Positions 8,205 through 16,566 of a stretch of DNA of 21,665 nt are shown here, piece after piece. A program made the position numbers and the translations under genes. Every line of letters starts with the position of its first letter. Position 1 is the first letter of the stretch. The notes under the pieces are model-generated. The model had not been told where the DNA came from and did no database searches. It was given only the letters and a program-made list of their open reading frames with translations. Source of the DNA: an uncultured Bacillota bacterium (GTDB lineage Bacteria > Bacillota > DTU025 > MWDF01); contig CAWGMK010000003.1 in the NCBI GenBank assembly GCA_963823655.1, forward strand, positions 1 through 21,665. Reading direction: 5' to 3'.

Positions 8205-8214
8205 GAGGATGATA

Positions 8215-8910
8215 ATGAAAATCGATCCCGCAATGTTCAGTTCCGGCCTTTTTCATGGCATACCCGAGGATGAGCTTGCCTCCCTCCTTGCCTGCCTGGA
8301 GTGCCGCAGGATAGATTTCTCAAGAGGGGATATCATTGCCTACTCAGGCCAGCTGCAGAAGTATATCGGCCTGGTGCTTGAAGGAAGTGTGTCTTTGGCA
8401 AAGGAGAACCTGCAGGCCCAGCGCATGCTGATCTCCGTGCAGGGGCCCGGGGATTCCTTCGGCGAGATGAACGCCTACTCCGGAAGCAGCGTCTGGCCTG
8501 TGACCGTTATGGCGGAAAGCAAAGGAAGCCTTCTAGTAATCCCTCTCGATAGGATCAATTCTAGCTGCGACAAGCGCTGCTTCGGACACTGGTCGCTAAT
8601 AGTGAACCTGTTGAAGCTGGTCTCAAAGAAGGCTCTTACTTTAAGCCGGGCAATAGACTACATCGGCATCAAGGGGATCAGAAGGAAGCTTGCCATCATG
8701 CTTCTCCAGGAAGCCGGAAAAGCAGGTTCCCTTTCGTTCAAATCGGAAATGAACAGGGGCCAGATGGCCGACTATTTCTTTGTAACGCGGCCGGCGCTAA
8801 GCCATGAACTTTGCCTTCTGAGAGACGACGGCGCTATCGAATTTCAAGGAAAGGACTTTCGCATATTGAACCATTCCTTACTGAAACGAATAGCCGAGAA
8901 AGACGTTTAA
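8215..8910 (+). CDS. Crp/Fnr family transcriptional regulator (HcpR2-like)
   Basis: cNMP-binding barrel (GLVLEG.V...GDSFGE), a CDKRCFGH Cys/His motif, and HTH NRGQMADYFFVTRPALSHEL. GGAGG at 8204-8208 favours ATG 8215 over 8209. Confidence 0.9.
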   Translation: MKIDPAMFSSGLFHGIPEDELASLLACLECRRIDFSRGDIIAYSGQLQKYIGLVLEGSVSLAKENLQAQRMLISVQGPGDSFGEMNAYSGSSVWPVTVMAESKGSLLVIPLDRINSSCDKRCFGHWSLIVNLLKLVSKKALTLSRAIDYIGIKGIRRKLAIMLLQEAGKAGSLSFKSEMNRGQMADYFFVTRPALSHELCLLRDDGAIEFQGKDFRILNHSLLKRIAEKDV

Positions 8911-8945
8911 CATTGTAAAGGCTTTCAATGCTCGGAGGTTTTCCC

Positions 8946-9929
8946 ATGGTCGTCATAACCGGAGCTACTGGTCATATTGGTAATGCGCTGGTGCGCGAGC
9001 TTGCCGCTGACGGAATAGAGATAAGAGCGCTAGTTCTTCCCGGTGAGACGACGAAATCAATCGATGGGCTCGGTGTCGAATACTTTTCGGGCGACGTTCG
9101 GGACTACCGCTCACTTATCAGGGCTTTCAAGGGAGCTGAGGTTGTCTATCATCTGGCCGGGATAGTTTCGATAGGCTCAGGTAAGAAAAAGCTGTTAAGA
9201 GACGTAAATGTGCAGGGAACCATGAATGTCTGCGACGCGTGCCGCGACCTTGGCGTCCCAAGGATGATATATGTCAGCTCGATCCACGCTTTCAAGGAGC
9301 CTCCCAGAGGAACCCTCATCTCGGAAACGAAGGACTTCGACCCAAAGCATGTAGGTGGCAACTATGCTAAATCCAAGGCAGAGGCAACGCGCTATGTGCT
9401 AAAGTCCGCAGCAGAAGGGCTTAATGCGGTAATAGTGCACCCTACAGGGGTCATCGGCCCCTATGAATATAAGCTTTCGAATATGGGGCAGCTTTTCGTG
9501 GATTTCATGCGAAGCAGGCTTTATGCGATAATCGACGGCGCCTATGACTTCGTCGATGTCAGGGATGTTGCCAAAGGCATAGTCCTTGCCGCAAAATTCG
9601 GTCAAAAAGGCGAGAATTACATCCTCTCAGGTGAGCAGATTAGTGTTAAGAGCATGATGGAAGTCCTGTCAGGCGAGACCGGGATCAAGGCTCCGACTAG
9701 GATTATCCCCTGCTGGCTGGCGCAATTTACCGGCTTTTTCGCGGAAATTTACTACAAGGCCCGCAAGCAGCAGCCTTTGTTTACCTCATATTCCGTCTCG
9801 ACACTTTCCAGCAATTCGATGACAAGCTCAGGCAAAGCTCAAAAGGAGTTCGGTTACAAATCAAGGCCGCTTACGGAGACAATAAAGGATACTGTCGCCT
9901 GGCTAAATGAGCATACTATAAAAAAGTAA
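8946..9929 (+). CDS. NAD-dependent epimerase/dehydratase (extended SDR, dihydroflavonol reductase-like)
   Basis: TGATGHIG Rossmann motif, HLAG, VSS, YAKSK catalytic YxxxK, and FVDVRDVA. GGAGGT RBS before ATG 8946. Confidence 0.92.
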   Translation: MVVITGATGHIGNALVRELAADGIEIRALVLPGETTKSIDGLGVEYFSGDVRDYRSLIRAFKGAEVVYHLAGIVSIGSGKKKLLRDVNVQGTMNVCDACRDLGVPRMIYVSSIHAFKEPPRGTLISETKDFDPKHVGGNYAKSKAEATRYVLKSAAEGLNAVIVHPTGVIGPYEYKLSNMGQLFVDFMRSRLYAIIDGAYDFVDVRDVAKGIVLAAKFGQKGENYILSGEQISVKSMMEVLSGETGIKAPTRIIPCWLAQFTGFFAEIYYKARKQQPLFTSYSVSTLSSNSMTSSGKAQKEFGYKSRPLTETIKDTVAWLNEHTIKK

Positions 9930-10022
9930 CGGCAACACCTTCAAAGGTTTAGGTAATCACCCGCCATAGGTTATAATTCCTATGACGGGTTTAGTTTTTT
10001 AGCCTGATCCTGGAGGTAGATA

Positions 10023-11738
10023 GTGATGCAAGCCGAGAATTTCTTCCTGCTCTTCGGAGGTTTGGCGCTTTTCATATACGGCATGATGCAGATGGGCGAA
10101 GCCCTGCAGAAGACCGCCGGCGAGAACATGCGAAGGATACTGCAGCTTCTTACCTCAAATCCCCTTCTTGGCGTACTTGTCGGTGCATTGGTCACGATGA
10201 TCATTCAGAGCTCCAGCGCAACTACAGTCATGGTAATCGGCTTTGTCAGCGCGGGATTGATGACGCTCAGGCAATCAGTAGGTGTCATCATGGGGGCCAA
10301 TATAGGCACTACAATCACCGCTTGGTTGGTGGCTATCAAGATCGGCGATTACGCCTGGCTGTTCGCAGCTGTTGGTTTTATTCTGATGTTCGCCGGCAAA
10401 AAAGCCAAGGTCCGTTACATAGGTCAACTGATATTCTCATTCGGCGTCCTTTTCATCGGGTTGAATACTATGGGCGCAGCCATGAAGCCGCTAGTAAAAA
10501 ACGAATTCTTCCTAAGCCTGATGGAAAGGTCGGCCAATTACCCGGTCCTCGGCCTTCTGATGGGAACTTTTTTCACAACTCTAGTACAGAGTTCAAGCGC
10601 ATCCATAGGAGTACTTCAGACGCTAGCGAGCGCAGCCGACAGCTCCGCATCGCCTGCTGTAATAAGTATCATGCAGGCTTTCCCCCTTCTTATTGGAGCG
10701 AATATCGGTACTACGATTACCGCTTTCCTCGCATCTATTGGAGCCAGGAAGGAGGCTCGACGGGCCGCTTTGACGCATACCGTATTCAACCTTGTAGGGG
10801 CGGCAGTATTCATGCCGCTATTTTATCTAGCAGCGAGGGCCGGGCTTCAAAACTGGCTTTCTAGCTTCTTAGGAGTGGATGTAGCCACAGCAGGCGGTAT
10901 AAGAAGCGGAATAGCTGCAATGCACTCGATATTCAATATCTCGAACACCCTGTTGCTGCTGCCGTTCATCTGGCTGCTGGTGAAGCTCGTGACAATTGTA
11001 GTCCCCGGCAAGGACACTTACGAACAGCGCACAACGCTTTATCTTGATTACAAGGTGATCGGCGCATCATATGTCGCGCTGGACCTGGCCACCAAGGAGT
11101 TGGCTAGGATGGCGGAGTATTCAAGACAGATGTCCCTTGATGCCAAGAAGGCCTTAATCAACCTCGACAATCTGGCAATGAAGAGGATTTTGGAAATAGA
11201 AGACATCGTGGACTTGCTCGATAAGGAAATCGTGAAGTATATGTCCACCATGATGTCCAGAAAGATTCTAACCGACCACGAATCCCTAAGAGTAGCAGGC
11301 CTTATGCACGTCACAAGCGATATCGAGCAAATCGGCGATCACTGCACCAATATAGGAGAGCTTGCCCTTGAGGTGTCCGAAGATGGCATAAAGTTCTCCG
11401 ACCAGGCGATTGCAGAGCTTAATACAGGCTTTGACAAGGTACTTTCCATAGTGGACCAAAGCATATCCTCGTTGAGGAATAACGATATTGACCTTGCAAT
11501 CAAGGTGATAATGGCGGAAGCGGACCTTGACGACATGGAGGCAGCGATGAGGACCAGCCATCTGAAGAGGTTAAATGATGGCCTGTGCAATCCCAAGAGC
11601 GCTGTCATATTCCTCGATGTTATGCACAATATGGAGAGAATCGGCGACCACTGCAAGAACATCGCCGAGGTGGTCATAAGCGACAATAACCTGGACGTTG
11701 AGAAGCTCGAAAGGGACATTGCTATAAAGCAGCCCTGA
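10023..11738 (+). CDS. Na/Pi cotransporter family protein with C-terminal PhoU domains
   Basis: Duplicated QSSSA and GANIGTT motifs. C-terminal PhoU-like repeats EQIGDHCTNI and ERIGDHCKNI. GGAGG RBS, with TATAAT at 9972-9977 upstream. Confidence 0.95.
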   Translation: MMQAENFFLLFGGLALFIYGMMQMGEALQKTAGENMRRILQLLTSNPLLGVLVGALVTMIIQSSSATTVMVIGFVSAGLMTLRQSVGVIMGANIGTTITAWLVAIKIGDYAWLFAAVGFILMFAGKKAKVRYIGQLIFSFGVLFIGLNTMGAAMKPLVKNEFFLSLMERSANYPVLGLLMGTFFTTLVQSSSASIGVLQTLASAADSSASPAVISIMQAFPLLIGANIGTTITAFLASIGARKEARRAALTHTVFNLVGAAVFMPLFYLAARAGLQNWLSSFLGVDVATAGGIRSGIAAMHSIFNISNTLLLLPFIWLLVKLVTIVVPGKDTYEQRTTLYLDYKVIGASYVALDLATKELARMAEYSRQMSLDAKKALINLDNLAMKRILEIEDIVDLLDKEIVKYMSTMMSRKILTDHESLRVAGLMHVTSDIEQIGDHCTNIGELALEVSEDGIKFSDQAIAELNTGFDKVLSIVDQSISSLRNNDIDLAIKVIMAEADLDDMEAAMRTSHLKRLNDGLCNPKSAVIFLDVMHNMERIGDHCKNIAEVVISDNNLDVEKLERDIAIKQP

Positions 11739-11765
11739 GCATAGAATATTAATGTAGGCACATAG

Positions 11766-11795
11766 AAGGGAGGCGGGCTTACCGACCTCCCTTTT
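11766..11795 (+). terminator. Rho-independent terminator after the Na/Pi cotransporter
   Basis: AAGGGAGG-CGG-GCTTA-CCG-A-CCTCCC-TTTT stem-loop with a T tract. Confidence 0.75.
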
Positions 11796-11824
11796 AAATG
11801 TGTCGCTTATTGGGGGTAATTTCC

Positions 11825-12910
11825 ATGGATTTCGTACTGCCGAGATATAGGCATCCGAGCTTTGAAGGAGCGCAGTTCAAGAGCGCCTCTGACGCCAGGT
11901 TCGAGCCTGCACCGGCCGCCGGCATTGCCCCTGACAACTTCCATGCAACATCAATTTATCCTGAATACTTCAAAGTGCAGGGACAGTGGAAGCTCGCACC
12001 TGTAAGCCGTATGGATTGTGCAGTAGTGCAAAAAGGCGAGGAGCTTCTCATTACCGAAATCCGCAGAGTGGAAAAAGGCGACCTTGTCCTAATCGGGCGC
12101 AATGACGATCACACCGATGGCATTTACATACACAGCGACCCTTTCGAAACAGACAGGAAGCAGCTTGGGGACCCCTTCTCCTTCCGCAGCAGCCGATCTC
12201 GCGAAACGCCGATGTCCAGGGATTACGAGTGCCTGGAGGCGCTTTTGGACTATGAAAGCGACTACGGCCACATCTCATGGGTCCTCGGGCCTGCAGTGGT
12301 CTTCGACCATTATTCAAGGCAGGTCATGGCGGGTCTTATCCAGGCAGGTTACGTTCACTCGATCCTTGCGGGCAATGCGGTCGCCACGCACGATATAGAA
12401 GGCGCGGTATTCGGCACGGCGCTCGGCAATGACATCCACACAAATATGCCGGTTCCCAAGGGGCATTACTGCCATATCGATACAATAAACATGATCAAAT
12501 CAGCCGGTTCCATTGAGGAGTTCATAAAGCAGCGGCAGATAACCGACGGCATCATGGCGGCATGCGTAAGGCATGGCGTGCCCTATGTCCTGGCCGGATC
12601 CATTCGAGACGACGGCCCCCTTCCTGAAGTCCACCGCAATGTTTATGAAGCCCAGGACGCAATGCGCAAATACACAGACAAGGCAACGACGATAATCTGT
12701 ATGGCTACGCAGCTTCATTCAATAGCCACTGGCAATATGACCGCCTGCTTCCGGAAAGTCGGCGATGATATCCGCCCGGTATACTTCTACATAGTCGATA
12801 CTACGGAATTTGCTGCCAACAAGCTGAAGGACCGTGGGTCTTTAAGTGCTATCGCCATCACTACGAACGTGCATGACTTCCTGGGTAATCTCTCCAGACG
12901 GCTCTTATAA
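11825..12910 (+). CDS. LOR/SDH bifunctional conserved-domain protein (ArgZ/AgrE C-terminal, ornithine cyclodeaminase-like)
   Basis: Motifs APDNFHATS, RMDC, GPAVV, AGNAVATHDIE, GT.LG, AGSIRDDGPLP, LHSIATGNM and KLKDRGS are characteristic of the TIGR00300/ArgZ C-terminal family. GGGGGT RBS before ATG 11825. Confidence 0.8.
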   Translation: MDFVLPRYRHPSFEGAQFKSASDARFEPAPAAGIAPDNFHATSIYPEYFKVQGQWKLAPVSRMDCAVVQKGEELLITEIRRVEKGDLVLIGRNDDHTDGIYIHSDPFETDRKQLGDPFSFRSSRSRETPMSRDYECLEALLDYESDYGHISWVLGPAVVFDHYSRQVMAGLIQAGYVHSILAGNAVATHDIEGAVFGTALGNDIHTNMPVPKGHYCHIDTINMIKSAGSIEEFIKQRQITDGIMAACVRHGVPYVLAGSIRDDGPLPEVHRNVYEAQDAMRKYTDKATTIICMATQLHSIATGNMTACFRKVGDDIRPVYFYIVDTTEFAANKLKDRGSLSAIAITTNVHDFLGNLSRRLL

Positions 12911-12925
12911 ACGAGTAGATATCAC

Positions 12926-12957
12926 GGCCGGGCAAATATGGCCCGGCCTTTACTTTT
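12926..12957 (+). terminator. Rho-independent terminator
   Basis: GGCCGGGC-AAATATG-GCCCGGCC followed by TTTACTTTT. Confidence 0.8.
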
Positions 12958-13001
12958 GCCCAATAATATTCATATATTCTTATATATAGATTTATAATCC
13001 G

Positions 13002-13032
13002 AAAAGAAACGGCCCCCCTTTGGGAAGGGCCG
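13002..13032 (-). terminator. Rho-independent terminator of the dehydrogenase gene
   Basis: CGGCCC/GGGCCG stem with an inner CCC/GGG stem, preceded on + by AAAAGAAA (a T tract on the minus strand). Confidence 0.7.
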
Positions 13033-13052
13033 ATCTGGTTATTAAAGTATCC

Positions 13053-14015
13053 TTACTTCTTGTTTACAACGTTGACAGGGCTGCCTGCCTTAAAACGGGC
13101 GAGGTTGTCGATGGCGGTCGCAATGAGCCTGGTCCTTGCTTCCTTCTGGGCCCCTGCGATATGCGGCGTAATTACTGTATTCTTGGCCGACAGGAGAGGG
13201 TTGTCCGCCTTGGGAGGTTCTACTGAAATGACATCTAGTCCTGCCGCCCCTACCTTGCCGCTGTTAAGAGCGTCCGCCAGATCCTGGTCTACTACGAGCA
13301 GACCCCTGGAAGTGTTGATAAGCTTTACTCCATCCTTCATTTTCGCAATGGAATCCTTGTTGATCATCCCTTTGTTGGATTCGAACAAAGGGCAATGGAG
13401 GCTTATCACATCCGACTTGGCGTACAGCTCATCCAGCTCGACGTATCTTACGCTGTCGCTTTCAAGCGAGGCGTCCTTGTGGCTGTCATTTGCGAGCACT
13501 TTCATGCCTAGGGCCTGGGCAATCCTGCCCACCGCCTGCCCAATTTTGCCAAAACCGATTATACCTATCGTCTTGCCTGCCAGCTCATTAAGCGGGTAAT
13601 CCCAATAGCAGTAGTCCAGGCACTTGGACCATTTGCCGCTCTTAACGCTTTCGCTGTGTCCTTCTACGTGCAGCATAAGGGCCAGAAGCAGCGCAATGGC
13701 ATGCTGTGATACCGCGTTAGTACCGTAAGTGGGCACATTTGCAACGGCAATCCCAAGCTCCCTTGCTGCGTCAACATCCACGACATTATAGCCGGTCGCC
13801 AATACCCCTATGTATTTCAGGTCCGGCAAAGCTTCGAGCGTCGCTCTTGTCATGGGGGCCTTATTCAGCAGTATGGCAGTGGCGCCCTTAGCCCTTTCGA
13901 CTATCTGATCGAGCGGCGTCCTGTCGTACACTTCGACTTCACCCAGCTCATATAGCGGCTTCCAGGAAATATCCCCGGGGTTTACTGTATATCCGTCCAG
14001 AACTACGATCTTCAT
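13053..14015 (-). CDS. hprA: D-2-hydroxyacid dehydrogenase (glycerate dehydrogenase / hydroxypyruvate reductase-like)
   Basis: MKIVVLDGYTVNPGD start, ATGYNVVD, GFGKIG, LHCPL, NTSRG, DVISVEP and TPHIAG (Arg/Glu/His catalytic residues). Confidence 0.9.
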   Translation of the reverse strand: MKIVVLDGYTVNPGDISWKPLYELGEVEVYDRTPLDQIVERAKGATAILLNKAPMTRATLEALPDLKYIGVLATGYNVVDVDAARELGIAVANVPTYGTNAVSQHAIALLLALMLHVEGHSESVKSGKWSKCLDYCYWDYPLNELAGKTIGIIGFGKIGQAVGRIAQALGMKVLANDSHKDASLESDSVRYVELDELYAKSDVISLHCPLFESNKGMINKDSIAKMKDGVKLINTSRGLLVVDQDLADALNSGKVGAAGLDVISVEPPKADNPLLSAKNTVITPHIAGAQKEARTRLIATAIDNLARFKAGSPVNVVNKK

Positions 14016-14092
14016 AAAAACCCTCCTGAAAAATCATTCTAACTATAGATTATCCGATATTGGAGGGCTTGCTTCAAGTGCAAAGCCTTCCG

Positions 14093-15424
14093 CTAACCCT
14101 CCTCCACGCTTTTTATGTACTTCTCGACATCGAACTTGCGCCTTGCGCCTTCGTACGACATATACCTGATCATGCCGAAGATGGGCCTCTCCCCCCATGG
14201 CCTGTCGTGCACGCCTCCAATTGACCATGCAATGCCTGCATAACCGTTCGGGTCCCTGCCGTCCAGGCTGTACGAATCATTTAGGCGCAAGGCCTTATCC
14301 ATGGCCGATTCCGGAGAATCGGACCATTCCAGGATCTTCTTCGCCCAATACATCCTCAGATAGCCCGGCATCGCGCCAACCCTCACCATCTGGCGCTGCG
14401 CAGCGTTCCACAGCCTGTCATGCGTCCTTGATGCCTCCAGCTCCTCATAGCTGTAGTCGTAGTCTCTCATGTCGCTCCTGTGCTTATCGAGCGTACCCCT
14501 CGCCCAGGGGGGAAAGCTGCCTGCACTGTCATACTCCTCGCAATAGTGGCAGAAGTTCTCCGCAAGCTCGCGCCTTATGAAGGCCTGTTCTATGAATTCC
14601 TCCGAACCGGGCCCCGCGTGAAGCATCGCCTCCGTAACCACCCTCTGCGCGCTTATCTGGCCGAAGTGGATATATGGTGAAAGCCCAGATTGAGCCCCTT
14701 CATTGGGATCGTTGGAGACGGGATAACGGGAGAGTCCTGATTCCAGAAACTGGGCAAGCCTGTGCATGGCAGCCCTCTCGCCTGAAGGGATACCGCCAAA
14801 GCCATTCCCCACTCCAAGCAGCCGCAGCTCCTTCTCAATTGCCTCACTTGCCTTGCCCATCCCCTTCGAAGGCAATGGGTGGGCAGCTAAAGGAGGAATC
14901 GGATCAAGGAACTCACTCATCAGCCTGTTCAACTTCGGCCTTATAGTGTAAGCGGCATACTCCCTCTTCCCGGAGGCAATCGTAACCGGCACAATATTGT
15001 GCGAGTCGACAACATCAATTCTCACGTCAGACAGGTTTTCCAGCTCGGACTTCCACGAGCGCGACGGCCTAAGCGGGCTTGCATCCATTACAATCAGGCC
15101 GGCCCCAATGCGCCTGCTAAAAGCGGCTACCTCCCTGCCCGGGCTTCCTTTCAGAAGGCGAAAAGGGATCCCGCGCTCTTCCAGCTTATCTGCCACTTCC
15201 ATCAATCCGCGCAGCATGAAGGCATAATGGCCGGAAGAGGCGCGCTTAATCTCATCTGTGAGGCAGAACGCCACGTTAAGCTGCCTTCCGGCGTTGATTG
15301 CCCATTGTTGGGCATATGCCAGAGCCCAGTTATCCTTGCTCCTTTGCTCCCTGCTCATCCAATAAAGGACAGGTCCCTGCCCTGTCCTCTTGCTTGTTGT
15401 GCTGATTACCCTTCTTGGATCCAT
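14093..15424 (-). CDS. phrB: Class II CPD photolyase
   Basis: VLYWMSREQR..DNWAL, VDSHNIVP, EYAAYTIRPK, LSPYIHFGQIS, RRELAENF, LWNAAQ, RMYWAKKILEW, DGRDPNG and FGMIRYM. Start is ATG 15424 (MDPRRV) or TTG 15436. Confidence 0.95.
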   Translation of the reverse strand: MDPRRVISTTSKRTGQGPVLYWMSREQRSKDNWALAYAQQWAINAGRQLNVAFCLTDEIKRASSGHYAFMLRGLMEVADKLEERGIPFRLLKGSPGREVAAFSRRIGAGLIVMDASPLRPSRSWKSELENLSDVRIDVVDSHNIVPVTIASGKREYAAYTIRPKLNRLMSEFLDPIPPLAAHPLPSKGMGKASEAIEKELRLLGVGNGFGGIPSGERAAMHRLAQFLESGLSRYPVSNDPNEGAQSGLSPYIHFGQISAQRVVTEAMLHAGPGSEEFIEQAFIRRELAENFCHYCEEYDSAGSFPPWARGTLDKHRSDMRDYDYSYEELEASRTHDRLWNAAQRQMVRVGAMPGYLRMYWAKKILEWSDSPESAMDKALRLNDSYSLDGRDPNGYAGIAWSIGGVHDRPWGERPIFGMIRYMSYEGARRKFDVEKYIKSVEEG

Positions 15425-15432
15425 TGGGGAGA

Positions 15433-16410
15433 TCAAATCCTTTCGACTTTAAGGTACTTTCCAAGGTCTCCGCAGATTTCAAGCCCAGTGTTCCCGCTTG
15501 TCCCCTCGAAAACAAGGCCTTCCGAGCGGTCGGTAAGCCTTACTTTAACAACCGCGGTAATGCTCTCCTTTATCACCCTTGTCATCATGCCGTTCTTGGG
15601 CGCTGCCAGCTCACCCGCCTTGTCATATGACGCCTCAAGCTCCAAAAGAAGCCGGCCCTTCGTAACCGCGGCCTCCAGCGAAGCCTCCCCCACCCTCACA
15701 TGGCGCGTTCTTGCGAAATTGTAGGTGGCGAAAAGCATGAACTTGCCGTCAATAAGCAGAAATGAGATAAGCCCCGGGAAGTGCCTGCCCAGCCAGGGTA
15801 TGCTTGCCAGCGAGAACATGAAGGAGGCAGGTTTTTCGAAGTGGTTGGCCTGCATCCAGGTCCACGCGTCAGGAAAAGACCTGCCCCAGTCCTTCTCGAT
15901 GTAGCCTTCCCCGCCTGAGAAATCCGTCTCTTCGCCGTCAACAAACATCGATCCGCTTATCGTATGGCTGATATTTACGACACCATGGTAGCACTCCATG
16001 CCCGGGGCGAAGGTAAACGGCCCCATTATGCCGGGGAAGGGCCGCCTTTCTGGGAATCTCAATATGTTCGAAAAGCCTATGTCGGCATTGATGCACCCGC
16101 TTTGGTCTGCAAGGCGCAACCTCATGCCCTGCCTGCTGAACGAGTTGGGGCCAATTCTCACGTCGAAAAGGCCATCTGCAGCGTTGAATTCTGCCACAGG
16201 GTACCTGAAATAGTGGACCTTTCCTGTAACCGCGTTTATACACTGCACAAAAGCGTGAGACTCCTCAAGGCTGCCCCCGAGCGAAATCCCAGGTATCACT
16301 GCAAATGCATTCTTACGCTCCTTGTCTATAAGCTTGAAGTACCACCCCTCGAAGTAGTGCCTCCTTCTTAATGAACCCTGGAAGACCTCTGGGTGCCATG
16401 ACTTCAGCAT
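15433..16410 (-). CDS. Tocopherol cyclase family protein
   Basis: FQG...YFEGWYFK, IPGIS, GIMGPF...MECYHG, GYIEKDWGRSFP..WTWMQANHF and SLASIPW match bacterial tocopherol cyclase-like proteins. GGAGGT RBS. Confidence 0.85.
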   Translation of the reverse strand: MLKSWHPEVFQGSLRRRHYFEGWYFKLIDKERKNAFAVIPGISLGGSLEESHAFVQCINAVTGKVHYFRYPVAEFNAADGLFDVRIGPNSFSRQGMRLRLADQSGCINADIGFSNILRFPERRPFPGIMGPFTFAPGMECYHGVVNISHTISGSMFVDGEETDFSGGEGYIEKDWGRSFPDAWTWMQANHFEKPASFMFSLASIPWLGRHFPGLISFLLIDGKFMLFATYNFARTRHVRVGEASLEAAVTKGRLLLELEASYDKAGELAAPKNGMMTRVIKESITAVVKVRLTDRSEGLVFEGTSGNTGLEICGDLGKYLKVERI

Positions 16411-16566
16411 CGGAACCTACCTCCGAAAATCTTAGTAGCCCAATTCAAACATCAAAATCAATTCGAAATTTGCCGTTGAAGGACGGCCGACTCACAACGG
16501 GGCTTTGCAGCGCAGTTATGCCCGGTCGGGCCGCAATAATGCATCACCGGCCGGGCATTCATAAGC

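Noticed and set aside
12961-12998. Very AT-rich patch as an origin, att site or CRISPR leader
   Set aside because: Only about 40 bp between two convergent terminators, with no repeats, DnaA boxes or recombinase nearby.
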